Below are positions 1-8,803 of a stretch of DNA of 32,366 bases, in pieces (the first letter of the stretch is position 1; each line of letters starts with the position of its first letter). Source of the DNA: an uncultured Nitrososphaerota archaeon. Lineage in GTDB: Archaea; Asgardarchaeota; Njordarchaeia; Njordarchaeales; Panguiarchaeaceae. The stretch lies in NCBI GenBank assembly GCA_964636085.1, contig CAZWPQ010000026.1, positions 1 to 32,366 of the forward strand. The letters run 5' to 3'. The notes under the pieces are model-generated. The model saw only the letters and a program-made list of their open reading frames with translations, ran no database searches and was not told where the DNA came from. A program made the translations under genes and the position numbers.

Positions 1-30
1 TGGACGCACATTGTGCGTCCCTGGACGCAC
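1..30. repeat. Three copies of the 8-mer GGACGCAC in forward/reverse/forward orientation (overlapping alternative inverted repeats)
   Basis: GGACGCACA (2-10), T, TGTGCGTCC (12-20) form a perfect inverted repeat. GTGCGTCC (13-20), CT, GGACGCAC (23-30) form a second. Truncated by the window edge. Confidence 0.6.
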
Positions 31-245
31 GCATTGGGGCTTGTCCGGTAGGCATAGGGGTTTAGATGAGAAGGAGCCTATTTTGGCGATGATTCTGCTT
101 CTGTTTCCTTTGATGCTTCTCGCCGTTCCCAGAATGATCTTATGTGGGAAAGCTAGATGCTATAGAACACCAAAGAATTAGCCCAACAGTTCGCTAATTG
201 CGACTCCCTATTTTTATTTTTCTCCTTAGTTCTATATTGTATGGA

Positions 246-1082
246 TCATTCTGATATTTTAAGTGTCATGTCTACTGGCTTTGCATGTAGGGTTATTATG
301 CTTGATGATATCACATCTATATCTAGTCTTGCGTATATATCTATATTATCTAGATTGATCCCGCCTGAAACCTCGATTGTTATTTTGTTTCTTAGGCCCA
401 GTTGTCTAATTTTTTCTATTGCTACCTTTATATCCTTGGGATTCATGTTATCAAACATTATAATGTCGGCACCCGCCTTAGCAGCTGATAGTGCATCTTC
501 AATACTTCTAACTTCCACTTCTACAAGTTTTGTAAAACTTGCCTTTTGTCTAGCCAGTCTCACGGCTTTTCCTATGTCTCCAATAATTTTTATATGGTTA
601 TCCTTAATCAGATAGCAATCACTTAGGGAAAACCTATGTGTATCTCCTCCTCCAATCTCTACAGCCTTTTTTGTTAACCATCTAACCCCTGGTAATGTTT
701 TTCTAGTAGCGGCTATCCTGACTTTTGGATTTATTTTTCTGATTTTCTCAATAAACCTTCTTGTTGTCGTCGCCACTCCACTCAGATACATGAGAAGGTT
801 AAGGATTAGCCTCTCCACTAAGAGAATGTTTCTTGCATCTCCCCTGATCTCTGCTATGATGTCTCCATTCTCAAGGCTATCTCCATCTTCTTTAAATTTA
901 TTCAGCTCCAGACCGTACATACTACATATCCTCTCAACAATATACATACCAGCCAGTATGCCTTTCCCCTTAGATATTATCCGTGCCAAAACGATCCTTT
1001 TTGGCAATATTTCAGAAGTAATATCGCCAAATGGTGAATCCTCAAGAACCCAAAGCTGAATTAGGATGTCCTCCAATGGCAT
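246..1082 (-). CDS. nadC: Nicotinate-nucleotide pyrophosphorylase (quinolinate phosphoribosyltransferase)
   Basis: Motifs ED..FGDITS, ER..LNLL..LSGVAT.T, TRKT.PG, HR.SLSD..LIKDNH, EVEV, DIIMFDN, SGGI. Start moved to ATG 1082 (MPLEDIL...) because the upstream 27 codons of the ORF are not NadC-like. Confidence 0.93.
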   Translation of the reverse strand: MPLEDILIQLWVLEDSPFGDITSEILPKRIVLARIISKGKGILAGMYIVERICSMYGLELNKFKEDGDSLENGDIIAEIRGDARNILLVERLILNLLMYLSGVATTTRRFIEKIRKINPKVRIAATRKTLPGVRWLTKKAVEIGGGDTHRFSLSDCYLIKDNHIKIIGDIGKAVRLARQKASFTKLVEVEVRSIEDALSAAKAGADIIMFDNMNPKDIKVAIEKIRQLGLRNKITIEVSGGINLDNIDIYARLDIDVISSSIITLHAKPVDMTLKISE

Positions 1083-1220
1083 AATGTGCACCCCCAAGCA
1101 TGGCTCATAAAAAATCCATAAAATAACTACTGAAACTTCAATTCTATAATAGAATTTTATCATGGTGGAGCAGAATGATATATGTCCCCCAGCGACCGGT
1201 ATACCATATGACTATGGTGC

Positions 1221-2366
1221 GTGCATTTGGAACTAAGATTCATCCCTGTGTGGTTCGATAGTATGGGGTCGAAGTGTTCATCCATTTACGTGGAAACGGA
1301 TGATGTCAGAATACTTGTGGATCCAGGTTTATCGGGACTGCAACCAGGTTTTCCGATACCCCCCTCTTGGAAGGCGGGCTATAACACTCTCGGCTATGCG
1401 ATGATTGAAAAATTTGCGTCCCAAGCAGATGTTGTCATAATTACGCACTATCATTATGATCACCTAGAGATACCGGGATCAAGCCTCCTAGACACGGGAA
1501 AGGTATATCCAAACAAACTAATACTGATTAAGGACCCCAATCAATACATCAATATATCACAGTTTGAGAGGGCCCGTATATTCTTTGCTAGTCTTGTCAA
1601 ATATTTCCTCAATAAGGATCTGGAGGAATTCCTAATAGAGCCAAGAAAATCCAGTTTTCAAGACCCATTAGACTGGATACCGCTGGCGATAAAGAAGGAT
1701 TACGGGGATTACAATAAGAGGAGGAGAGAGATTCTTGAGAATGGGAGAAAAAGATTCAGAAATCTATGCCAAGTCTGGGTATCGAATCAGTGGATAAAAG
1801 AGCCAAAGGAGGGACCAATAAATGTCGAGTTTGCCGACGGTAGAGAATTTTCTTTTGGAGCTACAAGAATTAGGTTTACAAAGCCATTGTTTCATGGGAT
1901 TGAATATGATAGGTTGGGATGGGTCATAGGGTTTGTTATAGAGAGGAAAGGGGAGAAATTGCTATATACCAGCGATGTTCAAGGACCATTTATTGAGGAC
2001 TATGCAGAATGGATAATTTCGGAGAATCCAAACATAGCCATCATAGACGGGCCACCAACATATCAATATGGATACATGATGACGAGAACAAATTTCAGGA
2101 GAACACTTGACAACATGATAAGAATAATTAACGAGACGGACACAGACATAATCATATGGGATCACCATTTGCTTAGAGATATAAGGTGGAGAGAAAGAGT
2201 TTCCGATGTGTATAAAGTCGCGAGGAGAAAAAGAAGAAAATTGATGGTTGCCTCGGAATACTTCGGAAAGAGGCCCGTCGCGGATCTAGCCAAGAGATTG
2301 GTGGAAAAAAAGCGGATAGTTAAGAAGCATTATATAATTCCTCCAATCACAGACACACGTACATGA
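1221..2366 (+). CDS. Metallo-beta-lactamase-fold hydrolase, UPF0282-like
   Basis: DSMG.K....VET.D..ILVDPG, THYHYDH metal motif, PLFHG, YTSDVQGP, DGPPTY, DHHLLRD. The start may be TTG 1227 (GGTG at 1216-1219). Confidence 0.85.
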   Translation: MHLELRFIPVWFDSMGSKCSSIYVETDDVRILVDPGLSGLQPGFPIPPSWKAGYNTLGYAMIEKFASQADVVIITHYHYDHLEIPGSSLLDTGKVYPNKLILIKDPNQYINISQFERARIFFASLVKYFLNKDLEEFLIEPRKSSFQDPLDWIPLAIKKDYGDYNKRRREILENGRKRFRNLCQVWVSNQWIKEPKEGPINVEFADGREFSFGATRIRFTKPLFHGIEYDRLGWVIGFVIERKGEKLLYTSDVQGPFIEDYAEWIISENPNIAIIDGPPTYQYGYMMTRTNFRRTLDNMIRIINETDTDIIIWDHHLLRDIRWRERVSDVYKVARRKRRKLMVASEYFGKRPVADLAKRLVEKKRIVKKHYIIPPITDTRT

Positions 2367-2486
2367 CCCCACTATAGGAAATACATGATTCATGCTTGCA
2401 TGATCTATCTGCTTATTTAAAGTGGTGCATTCTATATTAAAAAATGTTTTAACCAGTAAAAAGTTCTTGTTTAGGGGGATGTTGGC

Positions 2487-2792
2487 GTGGAATTTGGGGA
2501 TTTATCCGAAAAAGATCTTGCCTATAGGATATTTAGATTTGCGTTGTTTTTGTCTGTAATAATTGTATGTATTGGTCTTCTGATGATAGCGTTTGTTTTA
2601 CCAACACTGGGCTCTGTTTCGTGTCGCGACATTATTTTTCTCGGATTATTTGTGATATATGTCACACCAATGGCGATGCTATTTGTTCTCAGCATATATT
2701 ATCTCTCTAATAGAAACAAGTTGGCAATAGTATCCCTACCGACATTCGTGATGATACTTATAATATTTCTGCATTCTCTAAAGCTACTATAG
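2487..2792 (+). CDS. Small membrane protein (about 3 TM), unknown function
   Basis: 101-aa ORF with GGGGG upstream of the GTG start and three hydrophobic segments. Confidence 0.65.
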   Translation: MEFGDLSEKDLAYRIFRFALFLSVIIVCIGLLMIAFVLPTLGSVSCRDIIFLGLFVIYVTPMAMLFVLSIYYLSNRNKLAIVSLPTFVMILIIFLHSLKLL

Positions 2793-2907
2793 ATAGTTAG
2801 TTTGTTTCCCATTGAATATATCGATTGCTCTAATTTGGTTTTTTGTGAAATACTTTCGCTAAAATAATGTCTCTCCCTCTTATCTTTAGGTTCACGATGT
2901 TGATACT

Positions 2908-4020
2908 ATGCAAGAGATTGTCTGGATCGGAGTAATGGTTGTGCTTGCTGGGATAATAGCGCTGGAGATAGGAATACCCGTGTCCATACTTGAGATAGTC
3001 TTTGGTGTTATTGCATTCAATGTGTTGAGATTGCAGACGAACCAACTTATAGATTTCATGGCCAACATAGGGATCCTAGGGATAATGTTTTTTGCAGGCC
3101 TCGAAATAAACCCAGATGTCCTCAAGAGATGGCTAGGTAGAAGCGTTGTTACTGGAACAACTATCTACATTTCAAGGCTTGTGATAATCCTGCTAATCGC
3201 AACATTGTTATTTAAATTTAGTATCCTATCTGCTCTGCTAATAGGAGTATCGTTGTCGACCACGTCCTTAGCGCTAGTATACCCAGTAGTCAAGGAAAGA
3301 GGAACAATAAATGAGGCCCATGGACAATTCATACTCAGCACAGCCATGATAATAGACCTACTAAGCATGGTCTCCCTACTATTTTTTATCAGGCCCGAAT
3401 ATGAGGCCCTTCTCCTCCTATATATTATTGTAGCACTAATACTCTTCTACACGGCACCCAAGATCACTAAGAATATCTTTTCTAGATATGGAGAAAACAT
3501 AGCGGAGATAGAAGTAAGATTTATCCTTCTATTCCTAGTTGCTGCTGGTTTTCTTGCAGAGAAACTAATGATAAGTGAGGTAATATTTGCTTTTTTCCTA
3601 GGAATGATATTCTCCCGTATTCTTGTTGATAGAAAGGACGTGGAAAGCAAGTTGCGTGGAATTATTTTCGGTTTTTTCGCTCCAGTCTTCTTTTTCAATG
3701 CGGGAATGCTCATGGATATGAGGAGTGTGCATTGGAGTCTACTTAAGTTTATTGTAGTCTTTGGATTGCTTGCCTATCTTAGTGTATATGTTATAGTGAG
3801 GATAGTTTTTCTGAGATGGTTTACCCATGAAATCTGTAAATGTGCGGGACTCATATTTAATTTCCGCCTGAGCTTTGGGATAATAGCTGCAGTTTTTGGT
3901 CTTAGAATGGGGCTTATACCAGTGGATATCTATACGGGTATTGTGATAATTATACTGGTATCATCAGTGGTTTCGGCTATAGCGTTAAGATTTATACCGC
4001 CGCCCGAGATGATTGGATAG
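2908..4020 (+). CDS. Cation:proton antiporter (CPA2/Kef-type transmembrane domain, no KTN domain)
   Basis: About 12 TM helices, GI..IMFFAGLE, S.TS.A.V.PV, MIIDL, F.PVFFFNAG. Confidence 0.88.
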   Translation: MQEIVWIGVMVVLAGIIALEIGIPVSILEIVFGVIAFNVLRLQTNQLIDFMANIGILGIMFFAGLEINPDVLKRWLGRSVVTGTTIYISRLVIILLIATLLFKFSILSALLIGVSLSTTSLALVYPVVKERGTINEAHGQFILSTAMIIDLLSMVSLLFFIRPEYEALLLLYIIVALILFYTAPKITKNIFSRYGENIAEIEVRFILLFLVAAGFLAEKLMISEVIFAFFLGMIFSRILVDRKDVESKLRGIIFGFFAPVFFFNAGMLMDMRSVHWSLLKFIVVFGLLAYLSVYVIVRIVFLRWFTHEICKCAGLIFNFRLSFGIIAAVFGLRMGLIPVDIYTGIVIIILVSSVVSAIALRFIPPPEMIG

Positions 4021-4027
4021 CCTGCGG

Positions 4028-4933
4028 TTAGTGTAAAGTTCTTATGGGAGCCCTCACAGGTCGCGTGGTTATAGGCTCCGTGTTCATTTTATCGGCAATA
4101 ATATTTTTTACCTCCTCAACATTTTCTTTGTATGTCATTGCAAATATAGAGTTACCTATCATTGCCTGTGCCACGCCCAATACATAGTCTCTTAGGCTAT
4201 CCATTGTGGTTGACAGTTCTCTCGTGAGGAGCCCAAGCCTCTCTGAGAATAGCCGAGATATTTTAAAGAAATTGTCCAAGGTTGGATTCTTAATCAATTT
4301 GTCGACGGCCACTTTTCCATACATACTGGCCTTGGTTATGAGATCCTCCTTACTGAGGGCCTTAGCAGTCTCTATCCTTCCTCTCGATGCTAGGACCAGG
4401 TAGATATCTCGATCATCAAGAATTATCTTGTCGACAAGACATATAGAAGGGGCGCCAGGGCGAGAAACGATTACTATATCTCCCAAAAACACGAGGCCAG
4501 AAACTGTGCCGAGACCGCTCTTAGCTCTGATTTCAGCTATATGTGCTATATCTCCAGCCTCTATAAGCGTTAAGGGTATTTTTAATGCTTTTGATAGGAG
4601 TAATGTTATTCCTAGTGCTGAGGCCGCGCTAGTTCCGAAGCCAGAGCCTATTGGAATATTAATATTTTGGTGAATTTCAACCCTGAATTTTGGCTCCAAA
4701 TTTAATAGTTCTAGGAATGTCCTCACAGTGGTCTCTCCGATACCGCCTTGGATTCTTTCTCCATTTATAAAATTTAGGACTTCAAGAGTGTTTGAATGCT
4801 TTATAGAGAGGGAGATTTCAACGGCATTCTCGACTCCTATACCTGCGCCTCTTGCCCCTGAGATAAAAGGATCTGCATAGATGTATGGATCAAAGATGGC
4901 TGAGACGCCTCCTGGTACCATTATTCTATACAA
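4028..4933 (-). CDS. Pantoate kinase (GHMP kinase family, archaeal CoA biosynthesis)
   Basis: GHMP motif PIGSGFGTSAA, N-terminal VPG.VSAIF...GARGAG, AH.AE....SGLGTV, QAMIGNSIFA. GGTGA RBS lies 7 nt before TTG 4933. Confidence 0.85.
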   Translation of the reverse strand: MYRIMVPGGVSAIFDPYIYADPFISGARGAGIGVENAVEISLSIKHSNTLEVLNFINGERIQGGIGETTVRTFLELLNLEPKFRVEIHQNINIPIGSGFGTSAASALGITLLLSKALKIPLTLIEAGDIAHIAEIRAKSGLGTVSGLVFLGDIVIVSRPGAPSICLVDKIILDDRDIYLVLASRGRIETAKALSKEDLITKASMYGKVAVDKLIKNPTLDNFFKISRLFSERLGLLTRELSTTMDSLRDYVLGVAQAMIGNSIFAMTYKENVEEVKNIIADKMNTEPITTRPVRAPIRTLH

Positions 4934-5094
4934 TATTATATCACCAATATAACTGATCCCTAATTGATAGAGCAAAAATCGATAAAAACGCTATGGAGAT
5001 GTGGGAATATGATAACTGGGAAGCTATACTCTTTATCTACGTATTCCAAAATGATTTTTATGTCTTATTATAATATCTTTTCTTGGTGCTGGGA

Positions 5095-5745
5095 ATGGTC
5101 GACGCGATATGTTTTAATGTTAATTCTCTTGTAGACTCCAAGTTGGAAAATATCGTGTTTAATGTTGCGATACCCCTTATACTAGTTATTAAGAATAAGA
5201 CACAGTTCACAATTGCAAAGGATATGTTGAAGCAAAATCTGAGGGATATTAGCCAAAAGCATCCGTCGTTTTACTATTCGCTGGAAACGCTATCAACATT
5301 TCTAGATATTGATTACAATCTCCTTGTGGATCTATACGAGTATCTCTCCGAGATATATGTTGATAAGGTTTCTTTTTCGGAGGATGTACTAAAGACACTG
5401 AGATCTAGGGGTATTAGAAATATTGTGTATACACGGTCGGACCCCTCTATTGACGAGATAAAGCTAAACGCTGTGGGGCTTAGGCAATATATTGATGCAA
5501 TAATTTCGCTACCAGAAACATTTGGTGTTATAAGGGGGAAGATAGCATTCGAAAAATTGTCTAACCATATGATAAAACAGGGATTCGCCTCGTCTAAGGA
5601 TAATATCATAATAATAAGTCCAGAACTAGAGGACTATCTGGATGCACACGAGGCTGGGCTCAGGGTGATTTGGTTTTCCAAGCTCGGGGAAATAAGAGCT
5701 GGAAACCAAATATTAAACCTGAAGGAATTGTTGGGATTTCTATAG
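5095..5745 (+). CDS. HAD-superfamily-like protein with degenerate catalytic motifs
   Basis: AICFNVNSLVD aligns to motif I, L..L...GI...VYT to motif II, GL..YIDAII, and D...A.EAGLRVIW to motif IV. Start at ATG 5095 after GGTG. Confidence 0.7.
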   Translation: MVDAICFNVNSLVDSKLENIVFNVAIPLILVIKNKTQFTIAKDMLKQNLRDISQKHPSFYYSLETLSTFLDIDYNLLVDLYEYLSEIYVDKVSFSEDVLKTLRSRGIRNIVYTRSDPSIDEIKLNAVGLRQYIDAIISLPETFGVIRGKIAFEKLSNHMIKQGFASSKDNIIIISPELEDYLDAHEAGLRVIWFSKLGEIRAGNQILNLKELLGFL

Positions 5746-5747
5746 AT

Positions 5748-5802
5748 CCTCAGCACTTCCGAGCCTCGTCACCTCTCCGCCGGTGGCGTTTTCATCATCA
5801 GA
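5748..5802 (-). ncRNA. Box C/D methylation guide sRNA
   Basis: Minus strand reads C box ATGATGA (5798-5792), 12-nt guide AAACGCCACCGG, D' box CGGA (5779-5776), GAG, C' box GTGACGA (5772-5766), 12-nt guide GGCTCGGAAGTG, D box CTGA (5753-5750). The spacing is canonical for archaea, and it is a GC-rich island in an AT-rich intergenic region. Confidence 0.9.
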
Positions 5803-5824
5803 ATAATATAACTAAAATGCCTGC

Positions 5825-5831
5825 TTTATAA
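5825..5831 (-). promoter_or_regulatory. Putative TATA box of the C/D sRNA
   Basis: TTATAAA on the minus strand, about 25 nt upstream of the predicted sRNA 5' end. Confidence 0.55.
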
Positions 5832-5928
5832 GAATAAGGTTTCTGCTGATGATATCCCGCTTATTAGTTCGTTAGTTATAATACAAATAATATAATTGGT
5901 AGTTAGGGTGTTATTTCTGGTGGTTTAG

Positions 5929-6276
5929 ATGAATCTTGTTGAGGAGTACGAGTTTGGAAGGATAAAGGTGGCTGGTAAGACATATTTGAGGGATCTGATA
6001 GTATTTCCAGACGAGGTAATACCCAACTGGTGGAGGAAAGAGGGACATAACTTATGTCTTGAGGATCTAGAGGAAGTACTGAAGAGAAAGCCTGAGATCC
6101 TTATAATAGGTAACGGATACTCTGGGGTTATGAGGGTGTCTAAGGATTTGATCCAAAAACTTAGGGAACAAGGAATAGAAGTCATAGTTATGAACACAAG
6201 GAAAGCCGTCAATGAATATAACAAGATAGCAAAGGAGGGCAAAAAAGTAGCGGCGGCTCTTCATTTAACATGCTAG
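5929..6276 (+). CDS. Mth938-like domain protein (DUF498/COG1504; AAMDC/NDUFAF3 homolog)
   Basis: Y.FG.I.V.GK.Y..D, WWRKEGH, PE.LIIGNG..G, T..AV..YN, C-terminal AALHLTC. Confidence 0.92.
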   Translation: MNLVEEYEFGRIKVAGKTYLRDLIVFPDEVIPNWWRKEGHNLCLEDLEEVLKRKPEILIIGNGYSGVMRVSKDLIQKLREQGIEVIVMNTRKAVNEYNKIAKEGKKVAAALHLTC

Positions 6277-6460
6277 AAAATCTACCATAAAGATAGATAC
6301 TCTAGGAATCGGATGGATCTGATAGATGACCAGATTGAATCCTTCTTTGTCAGACAGGATACAAATTTCTGAGAAATCATCGGAGGATACCGTAAGGGAG
6401 TTTGGGGTAGTATTTAGAGAAATACACAGAAATTATTGGTATGCCTTGAGGATATGTGTT

Positions 6461-6970
6461 TTGGTGGTTATATATTTCTTTAGATGCGAAAAATGTGGTA
6501 ATTGTTGCAGGTATAGCCCCCCTGTCTTTAAAGAGAAGGAGGTAATAGAAATAGCGAAGTATTTAGATAAGGACATAAGTGATCTTCCGCTAAAACCATT
6601 TATCCAGTACTTCAAGGTCTTTTATCGTGCAGAAAAACCTTGCCCATTTCTCGACCATGACAACAATTGTATAATATACCCCGTGAGGGGCACAGTCTGC
6701 AGAGCGTTCCCGCATGAGTGGCTGATGTACTCTATGGTTCCCTCCTATTGCCCAGGCGTTATTAAGGCCCTTAAAAAGGCTACTAGATTTATTATGGCGA
6801 ACAAGAAAATACTAAAGGAGGCAGTATCAATAATGGAAGATGACTTGGTATTATTGGCAAAGAGTTCGGCATATAAAGAGCGTATGAGACACCTAGAATA
6901 TAGACCACTTGTTGAGAAGTTATTCCAATTTATAAATAATAGAAAAGAGAAGAACCATGATAGTTATTAA
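6461..6970 (+). CDS. YkgJ-family CxxCxxCC cysteine-cluster (Fe-S/Zn) protein
   Basis: F.CEKCGNCC, PCPFL...N.C.IYP.R...CRAFP, CPG. Start placed at TTG 6461 after GAGG; the ORF extends upstream to 6326. Confidence 0.85.
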   Translation: MVVIYFFRCEKCGNCCRYSPPVFKEKEVIEIAKYLDKDISDLPLKPFIQYFKVFYRAEKPCPFLDHDNNCIIYPVRGTVCRAFPHEWLMYSMVPSYCPGVIKALKKATRFIMANKKILKEAVSIMEDDLVLLAKSSAYKERMRHLEYRPLVEKLFQFINNRKEKNHDSY

Positions 6971-7463
6971 CCCCCTATACCTCATAATAATATGCACAAT
7001 AGCTACATGGGAGACATCTCTAAGCATTATATTTACTGGAGAATATGTTTCGGATCCACTGTATGAGGTCTTAAAAGAGCTAATATGCATAGTATTATTC
7101 TACGGTATAATCTCAATGCTCTACCACCCACTAGGTTCGACATCATGGTTTATAGCCATTATTTTAGTCCCTATAAACCTAGTTTATTTGTTGGTAGGTT
7201 TTTTGGGGAGCGAAAAAAGGAACTACGACCATCTTCCACTGCTTGGGGTTCTAGTGATGATGCTCTATGTGATTATTGGAGACTACTCCATATTGGCTGG
7301 ATTGCTGGGCTACATAATTATGAAGCTCGCTGGTGTCTCATTATATAGGAAGGAAGTATTCAGAAATGCATGGAGCTACATCAATAGATACAAAGCGCAT
7401 CTAGTTCTGGCGGCAATAGATACCTCATTCATGGTGCTGATATTCTGGGGCTGTATCCCATAA
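6957..7463 (+). CDS. Polytopic membrane protein, unknown function
   Basis: 168 aa with 5-6 hydrophobic segments. Overlaps the upstream stop, suggesting operon coupling. Confidence 0.65.
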   Translation: MIVINPLYLIIICTIATWETSLSIIFTGEYVSDPLYEVLKELICIVLFYGIISMLYHPLGSTSWFIAIILVPINLVYLLVGFLGSEKRNYDHLPLLGVLVMMLYVIIGDYSILAGLLGYIIMKLAGVSLYRKEVFRNAWSYINRYKAHLVLAAIDTSFMVLIFWGCIP

Positions 7464-7486
7464 CGGAAATAAAAAAGTAGTTATGG

Positions 7487-8530
7487 TTAGGTAGATCCCT
7501 TAAGTTTCGCTATAAACCTTTTGAAGAATCCAGCCCTTTCCATCTCCTCAACAGCGATTCTTATTTTTGGCGGTGTCAATGCACGAGTCTCCACGAGATA
7601 GTATCCAAAGATGAATGAGATGAAATACATAAACAATACCATAGCAAACATGATAACCGCCAGCACAAGCCCAAATGCCCAGGATTGTAGCCCCAAATTG
7701 TTATAGGCGGATTCGATATTGGCTCTAAATAATGTAGCCGAGAGGGTTGCGGTTCCAATAATGCTCACTAATGGTGCACTAACTTTGACCCATTTTGACC
7801 AACCAGTAAAGAACCCAGTTGAAAATCCAGTAGCTAGAATTATTAAGAAGCCAAATAGAATCGCTCTGTCTTTATCAAGGGTGAGAAGATCCATATTACG
7901 AAACCAAAGCACTAATCCCGTCAAAATGAAAAGCGTAGTGAGCCCCAAGAAGAGCCCCAACATGGCAGCGGACAACTTTGCTTTTTCTGCCCACCTTATT
8001 TTTCTAATCTTTGATCTTAGCACCTCACTAACCTTGAAGTCGAGTTCATTATAGATATCAGAGACCTCGTCCGGTAATTCTCCTGGTTGTTTGTCAAACG
8101 ATAGCTGGATTAGCTCATTAATTTTTTCTTTATTGGCGCTTAGGATGCCCCTTATGATTCTTTTGACGGCTATTGGGGAATCCTCAGAGTCAGCAATCGC
8201 AAGTACATTGGTTTCATAATCCTTCAGAAGGTGGGGGATTCTAAAGACAAGAACTTGGATTCCAGTTCCCTCCAGTTTTTTTGGTTCAAATGGTATGCCT
8301 AGAAGCAATATTTTTATCTTGTCGAAGAAAACATTGAGTTCATTGGCTAGGTATATCCTTTCTTGTATGGGGGATTCACGTTTTTCACGGATTTTTGCTA
8401 GGATATTATCGATGGATTTCCTAAGCTCCAGTGGGGTCTCATAGGGCTTATAGAAGAGGTACACGGACTTAAGAGTCTCCTCACCCTGCGGCCTTATAGA
8501 TACCTCAAAAAGGTATATCATTACAGACAC
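7487..8530 (-). CDS. Putative longin-like domain protein with 4 C-terminal TM helices
   Basis: Soluble N-terminal domain of about 175 aa with longin-like beta-beta-alpha-beta-beta-beta-alpha-alpha pattern (MIYLFEV, YLFYKPY, ELNVFFDKIK, IQVLVFR, NVLAIADSEDS..VKRIIR), followed by four hydrophobic helices. The CDS is solid; the fold is inferred. Confidence 0.6.
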   Translation of the reverse strand: MSVMIYLFEVSIRPQGEETLKSVYLFYKPYETPLELRKSIDNILAKIREKRESPIQERIYLANELNVFFDKIKILLLGIPFEPKKLEGTGIQVLVFRIPHLLKDYETNVLAIADSEDSPIAVKRIIRGILSANKEKINELIQLSFDKQPGELPDEVSDIYNELDFKVSEVLRSKIRKIRWAEKAKLSAAMLGLFLGLTTLFILTGLVLWFRNMDLLTLDKDRAILFGFLIILATGFSTGFFTGWSKWVKVSAPLVSIIGTATLSATLFRANIESAYNNLGLQSWAFGLVLAVIMFAMVLFMYFISFIFGYYLVETRALTPPKIRIAVEEMERAGFFKRFIAKLKGST

Positions 8531-8596
8531 CCGCGGATATAATTACAACAAATTAATCTTTAAATATTCTATTGACCATTTATTATTGGTGACTAA

Positions 8597-8803
8597 ATGG
8601 CTTCGGAGGATACCTCCATCAGCAATGTCGCTGACTTCAAAAACATAAAGGACAAACTGGAGAGGCTCTCGATACTTGCTGATTCAGGTATTTCTATAAC
8701 GATAAGAAAGATAATGCATAGGCTTAAAATCGACGAGAAAAATGCAATAAGGATACTTCGTGATGAGCTCATAAGAGCCGATTCAAAGGCTGAACTCTCT
8801 TGA
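8597..8803 (+). CDS. Small helical protein, probable partner/antitoxin of the downstream nucleotidyltransferase
   Basis: 68 aa with a GGTGA RBS and a 4-nt TTGA overlap with the next gene. Confidence 0.6.
   Translation: MASEDTSISNVADFKNIKDKLERLSILADSGISITIRKIMHRLKIDEKNAIRILRDELIRADSKAELS

Noticed and set aside
5843-5880. TGATGA on the + strand next to the sRNA, as a possible second C/D RNA
   Set aside because: No D', C' or D boxes at suitable spacing.
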